A stretch of 63,544 nt of DNA, counting the filler, from Lenisia limosa (taxonomy: Eukaryota > Protista > Breviatea), in assembly GCA_001655205.1 (NCBI GenBank). It is 13 parts of 13 records of this genome, joined end to end, with 100 filler letters (N's around TTAATTAATTAA, not from the genome) between each part and the next. Parts side by side here need not be neighbours in the genome. Positions count along the whole stretch, not along the records: positions 36,555 to 44,074 come from LPNZ01001597.1; positions 44,175 to 50,861 come from LPNZ01004170.1; 11 more parts are not named here. One strand, 5' to 3'. Below are positions 36,614 through 50,404 of the stretch, in pieces. The notes below the pieces were generated by a model, which was not told the origin of the DNA, searched no databases, and saw nothing but the letters and a program-made list of their open reading frames with translations. Position 1 is the stretch's first letter, and every line of letters starts with the position of its first letter. A program made the translations under genes and the position numbers.

Positions 36614-37609
36614 CTTGAAAGCAAGGCTCAGGTCCGAGTCGAGAGGGAACATCTTGCGTCCAATGTGATAGATTGCAGCAACGCGAAGCTGTGAAGGTAA
36701 ACTGGGCACACTGCAACACCCCGAAGTAATACACAACATTACACAATCAGATGAAGAGACGTGCATTATGAAGATAAAAATCCAATGTCAATTTTATTGC
36801 TTCATTAAATCCCACATTCTCTCCTTCATGTTAGTAAAGGTTAACCCTCATCCACTCCTTCATGTTAGTAAAGGTTAATCCTCAACACACTCACTCACTC
36901 ATTAGTGGTGAACCACCTCCCTCCCCACGATAGCTGAGAGGTTACCGAGCTTGGAGGCGCTCTCGTAGTGGATGACGGACATATTGATGTCCTTAGTCAG
37001 GCCGTTGAGCCCCTGTTCGTAGTTGCGTCCAATGTGATACCTGTATGGTTACATTTGAGCGTTCAGTCAAAAGAACGACCGGATTCCTCGTATCTCGTTA
37101 TGGTCGATAATGACGCTATTTCCCCCAAGTATGTTATCTCAAAGTCCTAAAAGCTTACAGGTATACATAGAGTGTCCCAAAAATGTAAATATGATGATGA
37201 AGGGGTCTTGGGGAGCAAAACCGATGAAAAACTCCACTTGATCCAGCCCACTGAGCCACGCCAAGGCCATGGTGCTTGCCCTCGACCTCGGGCTTGCAGT
37301 CGTCAATGAAGTCAGTCCACTGGCCGGGAGTAGTCTTGCGGAGGTGGACCACAAGCATGTCGCTCTCCAACTGCCAGTTGCAACGAGCAATGTCAACAAC
37401 GCCAGTGGGAACACCTTGGATCACGGGTTCAGCACCCTTAAGTCCGACCTTCATTCTTTGTTTGTTGAGAGAGACCTGTGAAGGGGTGAGAAGGCCGCGG
37501 AGAGACCACAAATCTTTACCTCAAGAAGTTTGGGATCAATGTCTTTGGTGACAGTGATGCCAATGGTGACTGTGTCCTTGGTTTGACACCACCAGTAAGT
37601 ATCGCCCAT
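36614..37609 (-). CDS. CS (p23/NudC-type) domain protein with C-terminal SEL1-like repeat(s), partial
   Basis: MGDTYWWCQTKDTVTIGITVTKDIDPKLLE / ...MKVGLKGAEPVIQGVPTGVVDIARCNWQLESDMLVVHLRKTTPGQW (CS-like), then YHIGRNYEQGLNGLTKDINMSVIHYESASKLG (SEL1-like). Confidence 0.7.
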
Positions 37610-37836
37610 TAGTCCCTGGTCAGTTAGTCCCAAAACGATTCTATGAACACAAAATATATAAAACCCCGTTCCCACCATGATAGAGTTACTTAGATTGAAA
37701 TAAACACCAAGAGACAGTTTTTTTGACATTTTTCAATGAAAAAGCCAAATATTTCGGTATTAATCGAAATATCTCGATGTGTGTTGTCTGTGAATAATTA
37801 TCGCTTCTTTCGAGCCCTTTTCTCACGGAACATAAG

Positions 37837-40800
37837 ATGCAGCAGTGCTACTATGAGGTTTGATGGGTTAGATCGATATTTGAAGAATCCCTTGGTTCGC
37901 CTGCCGCCCACTTTATTGTCATCTTCTTCATCCAACGTTCATTGGAATTGATGATACTATTGATGGAATGAATGGCATTGCTACTGGATAAGTGGGTTTT
38001 CTCCCAGCTTTATCGTATTTAGCAATACTCTGAGGAATTAAATTTGGTTTTTGTGAGTACACCCACCATCTAGCAAGATGCATTTTGATGAGTTTCATGA
38101 AATTATGAGGAATACTCTCATATTGCTTCTCCAACATTTGTATATTTGTCGTGTATCCTTTTGTTGAAACCATACAACAACACCACAGCACCTTCGCAGC
38201 TGACTTTGCTTTCATAAATATCCTTCATCACCCCCAGGTTCTGGATGTGGACCGGAAAGCCACGCCGGACGAACTCAAAAAGGCCTTCCGCAAGAAGGCC
38301 ATGAGGTGGCACCCGGGTAAGATGGGGGTGCCCGGGAATGGGGGGTTTATTTTGAAACGAGTGTATGACTAGGTACAACCTTATTTTTTATTTCTATGTA
38401 TACGTGCGCGCGCACGGGGGGGTTGGTCAGTTGGAGGAGCCCGTCTGCTTGGAGAGTGATGCATTTTGTGGAGCTGAGAAACAATTGGAATAGTTAATTG
38501 TTGTAGACGGTTTGGAATATATTTAGTTGTTGTTGACGGTTTGGAATATTTAGTTGGTGTTGACGGTTTGGAATATTTAGTTGGTGTTGACGGTTTGGAA
38601 TAGTTAGTTGGTGTTGACGGTTTGGAATAGTTAGTTGTTGTAAACGGTTTGATATGATATTTAGACGACAAGTTGAACAGAGAGATATAACAAATTCCAT
38701 CACAGACATGCCAAATTGACTGATGAGGAACACATCATTAAAACTTAGAAAACAAACGTGTACTTTGGGGTTGTAAAACACTATTGTATATTTCTACTTC
38801 TACTTACATATAAGACCGCAACCCTAAGGACATCGATGCTGCCACTGCGCAGTTCAAATTAATTCAAAACGCCTACGCCGTCCTCAATGATCCTCATGAA
38901 CGCTCGTGGTAGGACTCTCTTTCGGGATTTCTAAAATATAGCTCAAATTCTATTATTTTTACAAAAAGTATGTAATATCTCATTCCTACATAAGATACGA
39001 CAGTATTTCTTTACACCACAGGTACGACAGTCACCGGGACTCCATTTTGAAGGGTCTGGACCCCGATGAGATGGCTCAGGAAAACGAGGGTGTTAACTTA
39101 TGGCCATATTTCAATGACTCGTGCTACTATGGGTTCAATGACTCAGCCAAGGTGAGTGAGTCTATCTCTGGATGCGGCTGATGATAAAGTCACATATATA
39201 ATTACATACTATGACAAATTTCAAATAATATTAAAGAACGATTATGACATTCAAGGGCTTCTACACAGTGTATCGCGACCTATTCGACACCATTGTCAAG
39301 GAGGATTTGGTAGCCTATTTTGGCTCCGACTGGCAGCACCCGCCGGGTTTTGGTAGGGGGGAGAGTAGTTCCTGATTTATACTTGTTGTGGGCGGTGGTC
39401 TTCATACGTGCTACCAAAACAAAAAAGATCGGGTTTCATATTCTGCTCTAAGGAGGAATGATGTTGCTTAAGCTTACATAAACAACTGCTCCGTTACCTT
39501 CTTTGTTGCTTTTTATGGTCGTTATAGCGACAATATTGGACTGTGGCACTGGAGTGAAGTCACGTTATAACTCTTTAGGAAAGGCTAATACTCCATATAT
39601 AACTCTTTAGGAAAGGCTGATACTCCATATGTAACTCTTTAGGAAAGGCTGATACTCCATATGTACCAGCAATCCAGAACTTCTATGCTCATTGGGTGGT
39701 ATGAGGGATATCGTGAAGTTGCCTTTGCTTTATTGGTTGACCATGAATTTGTCTCCCATTGTGTAATTATTGTAACCGCACTTACCCAAACTTTCACTCC
39801 CAATGTAGGTTTTTCAGCTTCATGCATTCTCTATTTCTTACCTCCAAGAACTACACTACGACCAAGACCTTTGCATGGATGGACCAATGGAATCCTGCCC
39901 AGGTAATTCCAACCTATTGGAGGGGTATAATCAAAAGGCCATCTTCTCACTGTATTCATTCTTTTGAACGATCCAACATTTCTCAGTATTTGCCATTGTC
40001 CCCCCAAAGTCTTCGATTTGACCATCACCATCTATTTGGGCATATGAAAACATCATAACGAAAAATAAGTTCACACTATGATGTCTTTTTTTCATTTCGC
40101 ATCGCTCCATTATAAACTATATTGTAAATCAAGAGGAAACCGTCCTCTGATTTTGTAGGCGCCTTCGAGGCAGCATCGGCGATTCATTGAACAAGAAAAT
40201 AAAAAGGAGAGGGACAAGGCAAGATCCAAACACGTTGAGGCCGTCAGGGTAGGTGAAGGATATGACTTTTTGCCTCTATACTTAAAGAATTATTCGAGAA
40301 ATCTTGTCTTTCTGAAACCAAATTGAAGATACATTTATGTATACATATCGATATATATTTCAAACGGTTCAAATGCAAACCAAATCTGGCACGTGATACA
40401 ATGTTGACGTAACACCCCAGAACCTGGTTCTCTACGTGAAAAAGAGGGACAAACGTTACCTCACTCATGTCAAAAAGGGTTGAGGGGGTATATGGACTGC
40501 CGTCTCTCTGTTTACCATTAATCAATAGTGTCAAAGGATTTACGAGAAATTCTATCCTTTTTCGATCCGAATTAAGCCGCACTAATGCCCTTCAGAACAG
40601 GAAGCCCGCGAGGCACGGGATGCAGAGTACAGAGAAAAGAAGAGGAAGGAAGACGCGGAGCGACGGAAGAAGATCGACGACTATGTGGTGGGTGATATCA
40701 ATACAGTCTTTAAGATCAATGGTTGGTTGAAAGTCCTTTTGAAGAAACAACTTTTTATATTTCTATTTCTTTCCACTGCATGGGAGAGGAATAGTATATC

Positions 40801-42892
40801 AGAAGAGAGTGGCCTTTGTTTTGACCGATGGCTTAGAAAGCACACAAGGAAGCGATTGATGCCGGGGACATTAGTGCTGATGAGTTTGATGAGGACCTCT
40901 TTGAAGACCTCATGGAGTGGGCGGACATTTCGGCATAATTGAGATAATGACTTGGGCTGAAAGGGATATGATATATCACATACATTAACATAATGGTTGC
41001 AAAATACCATGTTTAGGATATATTATGTGAGTGATGTACATATCTTACCATAAATTGATAATTACATGATTATTAAGTCACTATCTAGGTCAATCAACAT
41101 CAACAAGAAGACGGAAGAGGAGGAAGAGGTGGATCCTGAGGAGTTATTTTGCCCGGCGTGTGACAGGCAGTTCAGGAAGTTACTGCAGTAAGCAAAAAGC
41201 GACATAATCCATATCCACCTTACAATCGATAAACCCTCGAGATTGTCTTATCCCGAAACTATTGATCAACGATATTGACCTTCTATTTTACTCTATTTAG
41301 GTTCAAGGACCACCAACAGACGAAGAAGCACCAGCAGAACGTCCGGAAGCTGCAGAAGGAAATGGAGGAGGATGATGACTTTTTGTAGGCTTGTGTTATG
41401 TAAACTTCTGGCTAAAACATGTTTTTCTCTTTAAATTACCATCACTCCTCACTCGTATTGTTTTGGGCATATCGCTTATTTGGCAGTAAGAGTATGACAT
41501 CACCCGAACCTGAAAAGAAGTCACGAAGGAAAAAGAAGAAGAAGGTGGGCTGGAATCATGAGACAGAATAAGGTTTTTTTTTTTGTTGGACCCATCTTCT
41601 GACAACACTACGTTAATGGTTATTGAGATAACATTTTCTTTTCAGTTTCACACCATTTCGTAATGATGCGACTGTTGGTGCAATCTAAATGTAGTGTATC
41701 TATGTTCTTGTAGTATATTATGTGATCTACTATACTTAACATATCTCATGGTGACTAATAAATGTAGTGTGACCCCCTGGACGACCTCGAAGACGACGAT
41801 GAGGACATTTATGCCCCCGAAATCCCCCAGGAAATCTCAGATACGGTGAGAGAAAGTTGATCTCTTTCAAAAGGGATAGGGTTTTTGATCTTATTTTCAA
41901 TATGGTTTCCCATTTTGACTTGGCTACCTACAGCACATTCGCTTCCTTTTCTCATTTAGCACCCCTCTTATCAATCTTAGATCTCATCGTTGAAGTCCCG
42001 AAGGAAGAAGAGGAAACAAAAGTTGTTCGTCGCAGAGCCAGGTTGGGAGGAGGAGGGGGTGTAAAGGAGCATTTGTTTTACCGTCAAGTTCATGTATCTT
42101 ACAAGGTACAACATCGTATAAGAATACAAGAAGAGAGAACGTTGAATAGATATCATCATTCATTCTAGGACACAATGATTCATCCTTTGTATTAATGAGT
42201 TTAGAGCCGACTCTGCCGCAATATGAAGTGGTTGAAAGCCCTGTAGCAGACCCGGAATCCGAGGAGACGGTGCATTCAAAGGAAGACGTCGAAGGTGACG
42301 AGAACGACAATGATGTTAAGGATGAGACTCCAACTGAGGAGCCAGCCGCCAAAAAGAAGGCAAAGAAGGCAAAGAAAGAGCCTGTTGTGGTGCGAGTGGT
42401 CAAATTTTACCTTCTTCACTTTGTGTTAAACGGATTCATTATTGACTCATTTTTGTCTGTTTAACTGTCCCAAACCAAGAAAACAATAACCAAAAAAATT
42501 TAAACTCTAATTGTCCAGGAGCCGGCCCCAGCTGAGGACGACTGGAGCGACGGCGAGAGAAAACGGAAAAGCAAGAAAGCTAAACGTAAAGCGAAGGCTG
42601 ACGTGGGGGGGATCTTCGAGAGCTTTTCATGAAATTCGATAATAATTTTGCCTCCCCCCCCCCCTCACGTTTCAATATTTCATGTTCCAGGTACCAGCAT
42701 GGGACTGCAAAATATGTAATGATAGCTTTGAAACCCGAAACCAGGTGGGTTTTCAAGAAACCTGGGCTTTTTTCGAAGAACAAGACCTCAAAACCTTACC
42801 CATAAATAACTACTCAGCTTTTCAAGCACATCCAGGCTACGGGACACGCTGCTCTCAAGACCAGTGCACCAACAAAGGCAAAACGAAGATGA
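37837..42892 (+). CDS. DNAJC21: DnaJ homolog subfamily C member 21 / Jjj1 (J domain plus two C2H2 zinc fingers), apparently complete
   Basis: MQQCYYE / [30 protein letters not shown]...FKLIQNAYAVLNDPHERSW / YDSHRDSIL...VNLWPYF / GFYTVYRDLF / TTKTFAWMDQW / RRFIEQENKKER / LFCPACDRQF...HQQTKKH / CKICNDSFETRNQ / LFKHIQATGH...TGA. Confidence 0.92.
38483..38650. repeat. Intronic minisatellite, 27-bp unit x ~6
   Basis: GTTTGGAATATTTAGTTGGTGTTGACG repeated head-to-tail without spacers. Confidence 0.9.
39568..39662. repeat. Intronic minisatellite, 32-bp unit x3
   Basis: ATAACTCTTTAGGAAAGGCT(A/G)ATACTCCATAT repeated in tandem. Confidence 0.85.
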
Positions 42893-43259
42893 TGTGGCCC
42901 TCTGTTTAGGCTGTTTGGGATTAGGTATTTCCAGGTACTCTGATATTGATGGTGGTCCACAATACACTTCTGATACTTGGCTGCTTGACGTTTTGATTTA
43001 TCGATAAATAACAGCTGAGATCACAAACACATCCCTTGATGCGAAAGAAACAATCCATGAAACAAACAAGAACTGAGAAACAGCAACAAGGAGTTAGATA
43101 CCCAGAGAACCCATACAGGCCTTGGACAACTCGGGATACTGCGATTTGGTGGCAGCTTTTAATTGGAACTCTAGGAGGAGGGGGGGTAAACGAATACACT
43201 TGAGGAAAGGTGAGAATAAGCAAGTTCTGTTCAGTACAAAGCTCTCTGACATCCATACT

Positions 43260-43392
43260 ATCCAAGACACTCTTTTGTCTGTTAGCCACCACATCCAAGA
43301 CACTCTTTCGTCTGTTATCCACCACATCCAAGACACGCTTTCGTCTGTTATCCACCACATCCAAGACATTCTTTCGTCTCCTGTTAGCCACA
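43260..43392. repeat. Minisatellite, 33-bp unit x4
   Basis: ATCCAAGACACTCTTTCGTCTGTTATCCACCAC repeated in tandem. Confidence 0.9.
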
Positions 43393-45269
43393 ACATACGC
43401 AATAGCAATAGTGCAAGACCCCCCCNNNNNNNNNNNNNNNNNNNNNNNNNNNNNNNNNNNNNNNNNNNNNNNNNNNNNNNNNNNNNNNNNNNNNNNNNNN
43501 NNNNNNNNNNNNNNNNNNNNNNNNNNNNNNNNNNNNNNNNNNNNNNNNNNNNNNNNNNNNNNNNNNNNNNNNNNTTCCATGAATCAATTAAAGAACCTGA
43601 AATCAAAAACAAAAACGCAATTACTAAAATATGGTGACAGAATAAAAAATAAATAATAATAATCAGCAAAAACAAAGGGTTCACAATAATCACAAACAAA
43701 AACAAAGGGCTCACATTGGAAACCGAAGCGAAATGATACAAAAAGCGATTAGTGTTACTCCCACTCCCCTACATAGAGGTATTCTAGCATCGGAAGAAAG
43801 CTCATGGAGGGCAGCCCCCGCGATCTCCATTGCAGGGTCCGCTTGTTCTACTGGGTAAGGCAAGTGGATATTGCAGATCCGCTTGTTCATCAGAGAATTG
43901 TTAAAAACCACATTACTAGAATATCATAGTATAGATAGATACTGTGTGTCATATACTATAGTATACTATATCGATATATGTACATGTACATACATATATC
44001 ATATATATATAATTACATAGTATACATAATATATATTATCTATACTATATGACATACTATATGATATAGTAGTTNNNNNNNNNNNNNNNNNNNNNNNNNN
44101 NNNNNNNNNNNNNNNNNNTTAATTAATTAANNNNNNNNNNNNNNNNNNNNNNNNNNNNNNNNNNNNNNNNNNNNCACGGAATAACCTGGATGAATTCAAT
44201 AATAATGAAACAAAGAACAGAAAAAGCAACTCTGTTGCAAAAATTTCAGGGGATGAATATTGGTAAATGGTACTACTAATCATGATGTATTCAGTGACAA
44301 GCAAACAAAAAAAACCCTCAAATAAAAACTCTCGGGGGTTTGAAAACAACAAAAAAAGAGCCCCGGACATTCCTATAAAAAGATAAAAAGAAGGAATATT
44401 CCCAAAAAGGTAAATCACAAATGTTACTGATCAAAAAATAATAATAAAAAAGCAACCACATTGACCAAAATAGACACAGTACTTCAATCGAACAAAATAG
44501 ACACAGTAAAGAAGGCTGTTATCATAATAATCTACGGAGCCAACGGGGGAAATGGTATATTAGAGGTTATGCAAGAAAATAACTTTGTCCCGTAATAATT
44601 TGAGCAAGTTTTTTTTGGAAAGTTGTCTGGCTGGTTTTTGGAGTTTAGGTTATGCGAAGATTTCCTCCCAATTCTGGAGCATTTATAGGATACAAGATGA
44701 GAATTAATGTTACAGGAAGAACACTTGTTGAGATGGCGACGCGGTGTCGTTGTCACTTCTCTTTTTACTGCTTCTAAATCCCCCTATTGTAATATTAATG
44801 TCAATGACGATGTTTTTGCTGAAGAAAGAGACTGCTGCCTTGTGAAAAACTCATCGTAGCTCTCCCAAGGACAAATAGGCTTATTATACAACATACAACA
44901 TAAAACTTATAATATATTTGATATCCAGTAACAAATATTGATTATTGGAAGGGAAATGGAGGAGAAGAAGGGACAACTCTAATACATCCGAGGACAATCC
45001 GAAGAGGAGAAAGTTGCCAAAAAAAACTTGTTTTTTAAATCAGCTTTTCATTGTCTTTCCTTTCCGGAAGCCTTCTGAATGGAAAGTTTAGACGAAATGC
45101 TCAAAAAATGTGGGGGAGGGTAGTTTATTAATACGTAAAAAGTAATCTCTGAAAATAAGAGAAAAGAGAAAGCAGGAGGGGGGAGGGAGAAGGAAGATCC
45201 AGCAAGAGGAGTGAAGAGAGTTGTTTTATCATATACCCACCCACCATTATCATCACCATACCCCCACAC

Positions 45270-45538
45270 CGTTGTGTCATCAGTAACCTTGACGTAGACC
45301 CGCTCATCCTCCGGTCGGTATCTCTGAACAAGTCGTGTCTTCAGGATCAGGAAAGAGAACAAACGATTGAAAATAAAAGATGAAGGGAATGAAGAGAGAA
45401 ACCTTTCATAAAGCATCGAAAAAAAGGTTGTTGAACACAGCATAATCACACATCAATATAAGATCTCACCCTCATTGGCGACTCCTTGAAAAGAGTTTCT
45501 GCCGCAGCGTAAAAGTCTTCAAACTTCTCAATTAACAT
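45270..45538 (-). CDS. SRP9: Signal recognition particle 9 kDa subunit, first two exons (last exon not resolved)
   Basis: MLIEKFEDFYAAAETLFKESPMR | TRLVQRYRPEDERVYVKVTDDTT matches the SRP9 pattern (F..AAE.L...P...R...KY......VKVTDD). Confidence 0.8.
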
Positions 45539-45790
45539 ATTGCTGTTCTTTAAGCAGGAGTAGGTGAACTGTGCGACGGTAAAGTGGCAAAGACTTGCAC
45601 GCAAAAGTTGTTAAAAAGCAAGAGCTGCGTAGAAATTTAATTTAATTTCGAAACCTAGTTACTTCAAACACGAGCAAGAGGAATTTAATTTTTTTGGTTC
45701 AGGTTTTATCATTGTGTTACATTAGTTGCACGTGCAATATATAAATCACAATTTACAAAAACAATTATCGACAGTCTTTGTTATTGTATA

Positions 45791-48700
45791 ATGAAGGTTG
45801 CTGTTTTATGTATTTTGGCCCTTTTGGGCTCAGCTTTTGCTGCCTTTGAAATGCCAATGAACGTTCATCGCCTTAAGTAAGTAGATGGGTAACTATTTAG
45901 ACAGTGAAGCTGGTATTTATGGGCATTTGCATAGTAAATCTCTTTAAATGGAGATTCGATCTGATTCTTCCCTAGGGGTGAAGCCGCTGACCAGTTCCAT
46001 GCCCAGCTCCGCTCTATTCATGCTCAGAACAGACTTGGACGTAAGTAATCCCTTTTTTCTTGGTCCTCCTCTAACTTGACGTTTAGAAGCCGACGAGAAT
46101 CCCCTTATTAACAACAAGGTTGGTGATGAAAAGGCTGAAATAAATAATTTGAGGGAGGCTCGTCACAACAACATCATTCCTCTATCTGATCCGCCAATCT
46201 TATCTTGACAGGACACCATGTACGCCGTTGCCGTCACTGCTGGATCTCCTCCCCAGAACTTCACTGTCATTCCCGATGTTGGTGGCAGCTCTTTCTTTTT
46301 GTTTGATCCCTTCATCTTTTCAATCCATACGAAAGATCTTGCTTTTTCTTGGTCCAACCATTTGGTTTTGAGCTTCATTTCTGACTATTCATTTCTCACC
46401 TTTTAGACTGTAAGTGGCGCGAGGGGCAATGGTAATGCGGGGGGGAGTGGAGTGATTTGTTGAAGGGGGTTAATGTGATTGGCTGTAGTGGGCAATTGCA
46501 ATGTGTCTGCTGTATGTACCACATACATGTTTGTTTGTGTTGCTCATACTATAATAACGTGCCTATTTTCTCCTAACAGACAGGGCTCTTCCAACACTTG
46601 GTTCCCCTCTGAGAGCTGCACTTCTCCCGCTTGCTTCCTCCACAACAAGTACGGTCTGCTGGGGAAACGGCCGGTTCTTCTTCTTCTCTTTCTTCTTCCT
46701 CCTCTTCTTCCTCTTCTTCCTTCTCCTCTTCTTCCTTCTCCTCTTCTTCCTCCTCCTCCTCTTCCTCCTCTTNNNNNNNNNNNNNNNNNNNNNNNNNNNN
46801 NNNNNNNNNNNNNNNNNNNNNNNNNNNNNNNNNNNNNNNNNNNNNNNNNNNNNNNNNNNNNNNNNCCTCTTCTTCCTCCTCCTCTTCTTCTTCCTCTTCT
46901 TCCTTCTCCTCTTCTTCTCCTCTTCTTCTTCCTCCTCTTCTTCCTCCTCCTTCCTCTTCTTTGTTTTCTTCTTCTCTTTCTTCTTCCTCTTCCTTCTCTT
47001 CTTCCTCCTCCTCCTCTTCCATCATTCCTCTTCCTGGCCAGTCGTCTCGAATATCAATAAGCCAATCTAATATGCCAATCAACAATCTAATATGGCACAA
47101 TCACAACACAATAAGCCAATCTAATACGACGATCTGACGATCCAGATCACCGCCGTTCCACCACCTACGCTCGTGACGGACGCGATTTCACGTAAGGGGG
47201 GGGGGGTGACGCTGTGGGTGGCTTATCTAATCACAAACGCAAGGTGTGAGAGGACTGTCGCATTCAAATAAAAACCTGGCACCCCTCTCCCCCACCATAG
47301 TACCCCCTCACCCTGCAGCATCCAATACGGATCCGGCGGAATTGACGGCTTCCTTTCCACCGACAAGGTCACCATGGGCGGTCTCACTGCCGATGTTGGT
47401 GGGGTGTCGTTGAAGGGTTTATTCTGCCCATTTCCCCTTTAATGCGAGCACGTTTTCTATTTTCGGGAGCTCAGGAACTCATTGAATGTACATAATATCA
47501 AGGGATAAGGAAAACACAGAGGGATAGGGATTAATATATACTAGTATATATTTTGAATACGAAGGCAATATCGGTCTCTTTTTCCATAGCTTTGGCCAAT
47601 AGAAATATGATATTGCTTAGAGGCTGATACCTTGTAAGCACATACCATGATACTAACACCTAACACCCCAGGCCCACACTTTCGGTGAGGTCACTAAGGA
47701 GCGCGGTCTCTCCTTCCTTGCTTCTCCCTTCGATGGTATCATGTGAGGGGGTGATGGTAGGGATTCTTTTACATGAGAGCAGATACCCAATCACATTTTG
47801 TGTCAGATTCAGTACCCATATTCCGGGGGTTTCTAATACTCATACAGTGACCGGGATAAGTCTTGACCGACTTTCCTTGGGAAATCACAAGCAAATCGGT
47901 CAGCGACTTTCCGGTCACTGTATATTGTAGAAATGTGATGGTTGACAACTTCAGCCAGACCCTACAGTCATATCTCCTCATGATGGTTGACAGGCTCGGC
48001 CAGACCCAATAACATAATAGACCCTACCTTTGTATCTCATCTTCCAGCGGCCTGGGTTTCCCTTCGATTGCCGTGGATCACGTAAGCCCCTTCCTTGACG
48101 ACCTCTACAACCAGGTAAGGCGGCCGTGTCTTTGTGGGGCAGTGAGGTTTAGGGCTTCCCTATGGTCCCAAAAAGACTGATATTTTTGAGGATTTATCAG
48201 AATATTCAAACTATTGTGGGGGTTATACTGGGGGGGGGGGGGGGNNNNNNNNNNNNNNNNNNNNNNNNNNNNNNNNNNNNNNNNNNNNNNNNNNNNNNNN
48301 NNNNNNNNNNNNNNNNNNNNNNNNNNNNNNNNNNNNNNNNNNNNNNNNNNNNNNNNNNNNNNNNNNNNNNNNNNNNNNNNNNNNAGGCGGAAAGTCCTTC
48401 CTCACCATGGGCGGTGAGAACCCCAACTACCGGTACGGGGGCCATGGGCGGTGATTGGGGTAAGTCTCGACCGATTTTCCTTGGGAAATCACATAGCAAA
48501 TCGGTCAAGACTTATCCCGGCCACGGTATATTCAAGTAAATGTGAAACAAAAACAACCGAAGATTAATTCAGGGTTTTTGGAGCTTCGCTTTCGATTTCA
48601 TGGGTCAATAGTGTGTTTTTCTTACAAGAATATTGCCGCCCTTTCTAACCAACAATCGTATTGCCCCTGACCCCCCCNNNNNNNNNNNNNNNNNNNNNNN

Positions 48701-49955
48701 NNNNNNNNNNNNNNNNNNNNNNNNNNNNNNNNNNNNNNNNNNNNNNNNNNNNNNNNNNNNNNNNNNNNNNNNNNNNNNNNNNNNNNNNNNNNNNNNNNNN
48801 NNNNNNNNNNNNNNNNNNNNNNNNNNTGCACCGGCATCGTTGACTCCGGTACGGGGGGGGGGGGCTTTTATTAGTGCAGTATTACTGCACCGGGAACTCC
48901 GCTTCAGACTATCTTTAACTTTGGTTAGAAATTATTTGAGGGTCGGATTGTAGGTGTAGAGGCATGTCTGGCTGAGGCGGTAAAAATCAGGTGGAAACCT
49001 TATTTGTTACATACTCACGTCTTGTCATTCTGCTGCGTATTAGTATCAGCAATGCACAACCCTTTACTCAGGCAGCCCACACGGAGCATTTTCTGTCCAT
49101 CCCCACCATGAATTTTGTTTTTCCTTCCTTCCTTCCTTTTTTTTTTTTTCTCGTTNNNNNNNNNNNNNNNNNNNNNNNNNNNNNNNNNNNNNNNNNNNNN
49201 NNNNNNNNNNNNNNNNNNNNNNNNNNNNNNNNNNNNNNNNNNNNNNNNNNNNNNNNNNNNNGTCCGTCACGTCCGTAAGCTCCTCGAGCACATCATTGTC
49301 GATCCCGAGGTCGGCTTGGCTGAATGACTTGTTTTTTTTGGAATGTTATGGCTGATCTTTTACAACATACAGTACTGGATAATAGCCCTCCTCACCCTCG
49401 TAGTGCCGTAACGTTCACCGTCTGCCGAATCTCACCATCACGCTGAACGGCAAGGACTTTGTCCTCACCCCCAACGACTACGTCATTCGTCTCGAGGGAC
49501 AGGTTTGTGGGGCCCGGCCTTTTGTTGCTTTGCTTTGCTTTACTTTGTTTTCTCGCCAAGAGTTGGGCTTCTTTTTTTTTTTTGCTTCAAAATTTTCCAA
49601 TATTATTCCCCTTACCCTGCTACATATTCACCAAATTTGCCACACTCACCCCTCAAATTGCTCCCTTCACCCGCGAGTGATGGGATGCAGTGCTGCAGAA
49701 GCGATTGGCGTGGGCTTTGTTTGTTTTGTTATTATCAACCCTCGTATTTTCAACATTACTCCCCCTCACCCTGCGGCATAATTCACCAAGTTTGCCCCAC
49801 TCACCCCTCAGTGCTCCTGCGGTATCCAAGGCATCGACCTTGACCCCCGCATGGGCAACTTCTGGATCCTCGGCGACGTCTTCATGCGCACCCAGTACAC
49901 CTACTTCGACCGTGAGGGCAGCCGCGTTGGTCTTGCTGACCCCGCTCAGCTCTAA
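45791..49955 (+). CDS. Cathepsin D/pepsin-family (A1) aspartic protease precursor
   Basis: Signal peptide MKVAVLCILALLGSAFA, then GSPPQNFTVIPD | T | [31 protein letters not shown] / IQYGSGGIDGFLSTDKVTMGG / FDGIMGLGFPSIA / CTGIVDSG (second catalytic Asp) / LPNLTITLNGKDFVLTPNDY / WILGDVFMRTQYTYFDREGSRVGLA...TAA. Confidence 0.95.
46672..47020. repeat. Intronic (CTT/CCT)n pyrimidine microsatellite
   Basis: Long TCT/TCC triplet run inside a protease intron, with an internal N gap. Confidence 0.9.
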
Positions 49956-50404
49956 AGTGTTGATTGAATCTCCACTTGCTTTCATCATTGGGCGGTCAAT
50001 TATCTAAAGTTACAACGGTTACTTTTTTCTTATGCAAAATATGTGTGAACTCGTTATTAGTGGTGCTAGTAAAAGCAAAGCGCCGCATAAATGTGCAATA
50101 TTCATAAGGAATAGATTACCTCTTCTATCCATCTCCAAAAAAAGAGTCAAATAATAGAGCCCAGTTGAAACAAGATAATACAACTACATCAAACATCACA
50201 ACCTAGCCAAACTTAGTGGACCGAACCTTCATACGCTTTTTCTGGGGGGAGCGGAATGAAAATTGAAATGGGTAAAAAATGAATACGGTAGTACCTTACC
50301 CAGCATAGAACCACCTTCAACATATCACTGCCACCCCCCTAGGGCATATATGATATGTCTAATAGTAGTTACATGATCCTTCTCATCCATACACCCCCAA
50401 CATA

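Noticed and set aside
38483-38650. CRISPR array (also 43260-43392, 39568-39662, 5050-5180)
   Set aside because: Units are head-to-tail with no unique spacers and lie in eukaryotic non-coding or intronic DNA. They are ordinary minisatellites.
46479-47137. Poly-Glu, poly-Ser and poly-Pro/Leu ORFs in the ORF track
   Set aside because: They are artefacts of the (CTT/CCT)n microsatellite plus an N gap inside a protease intron.
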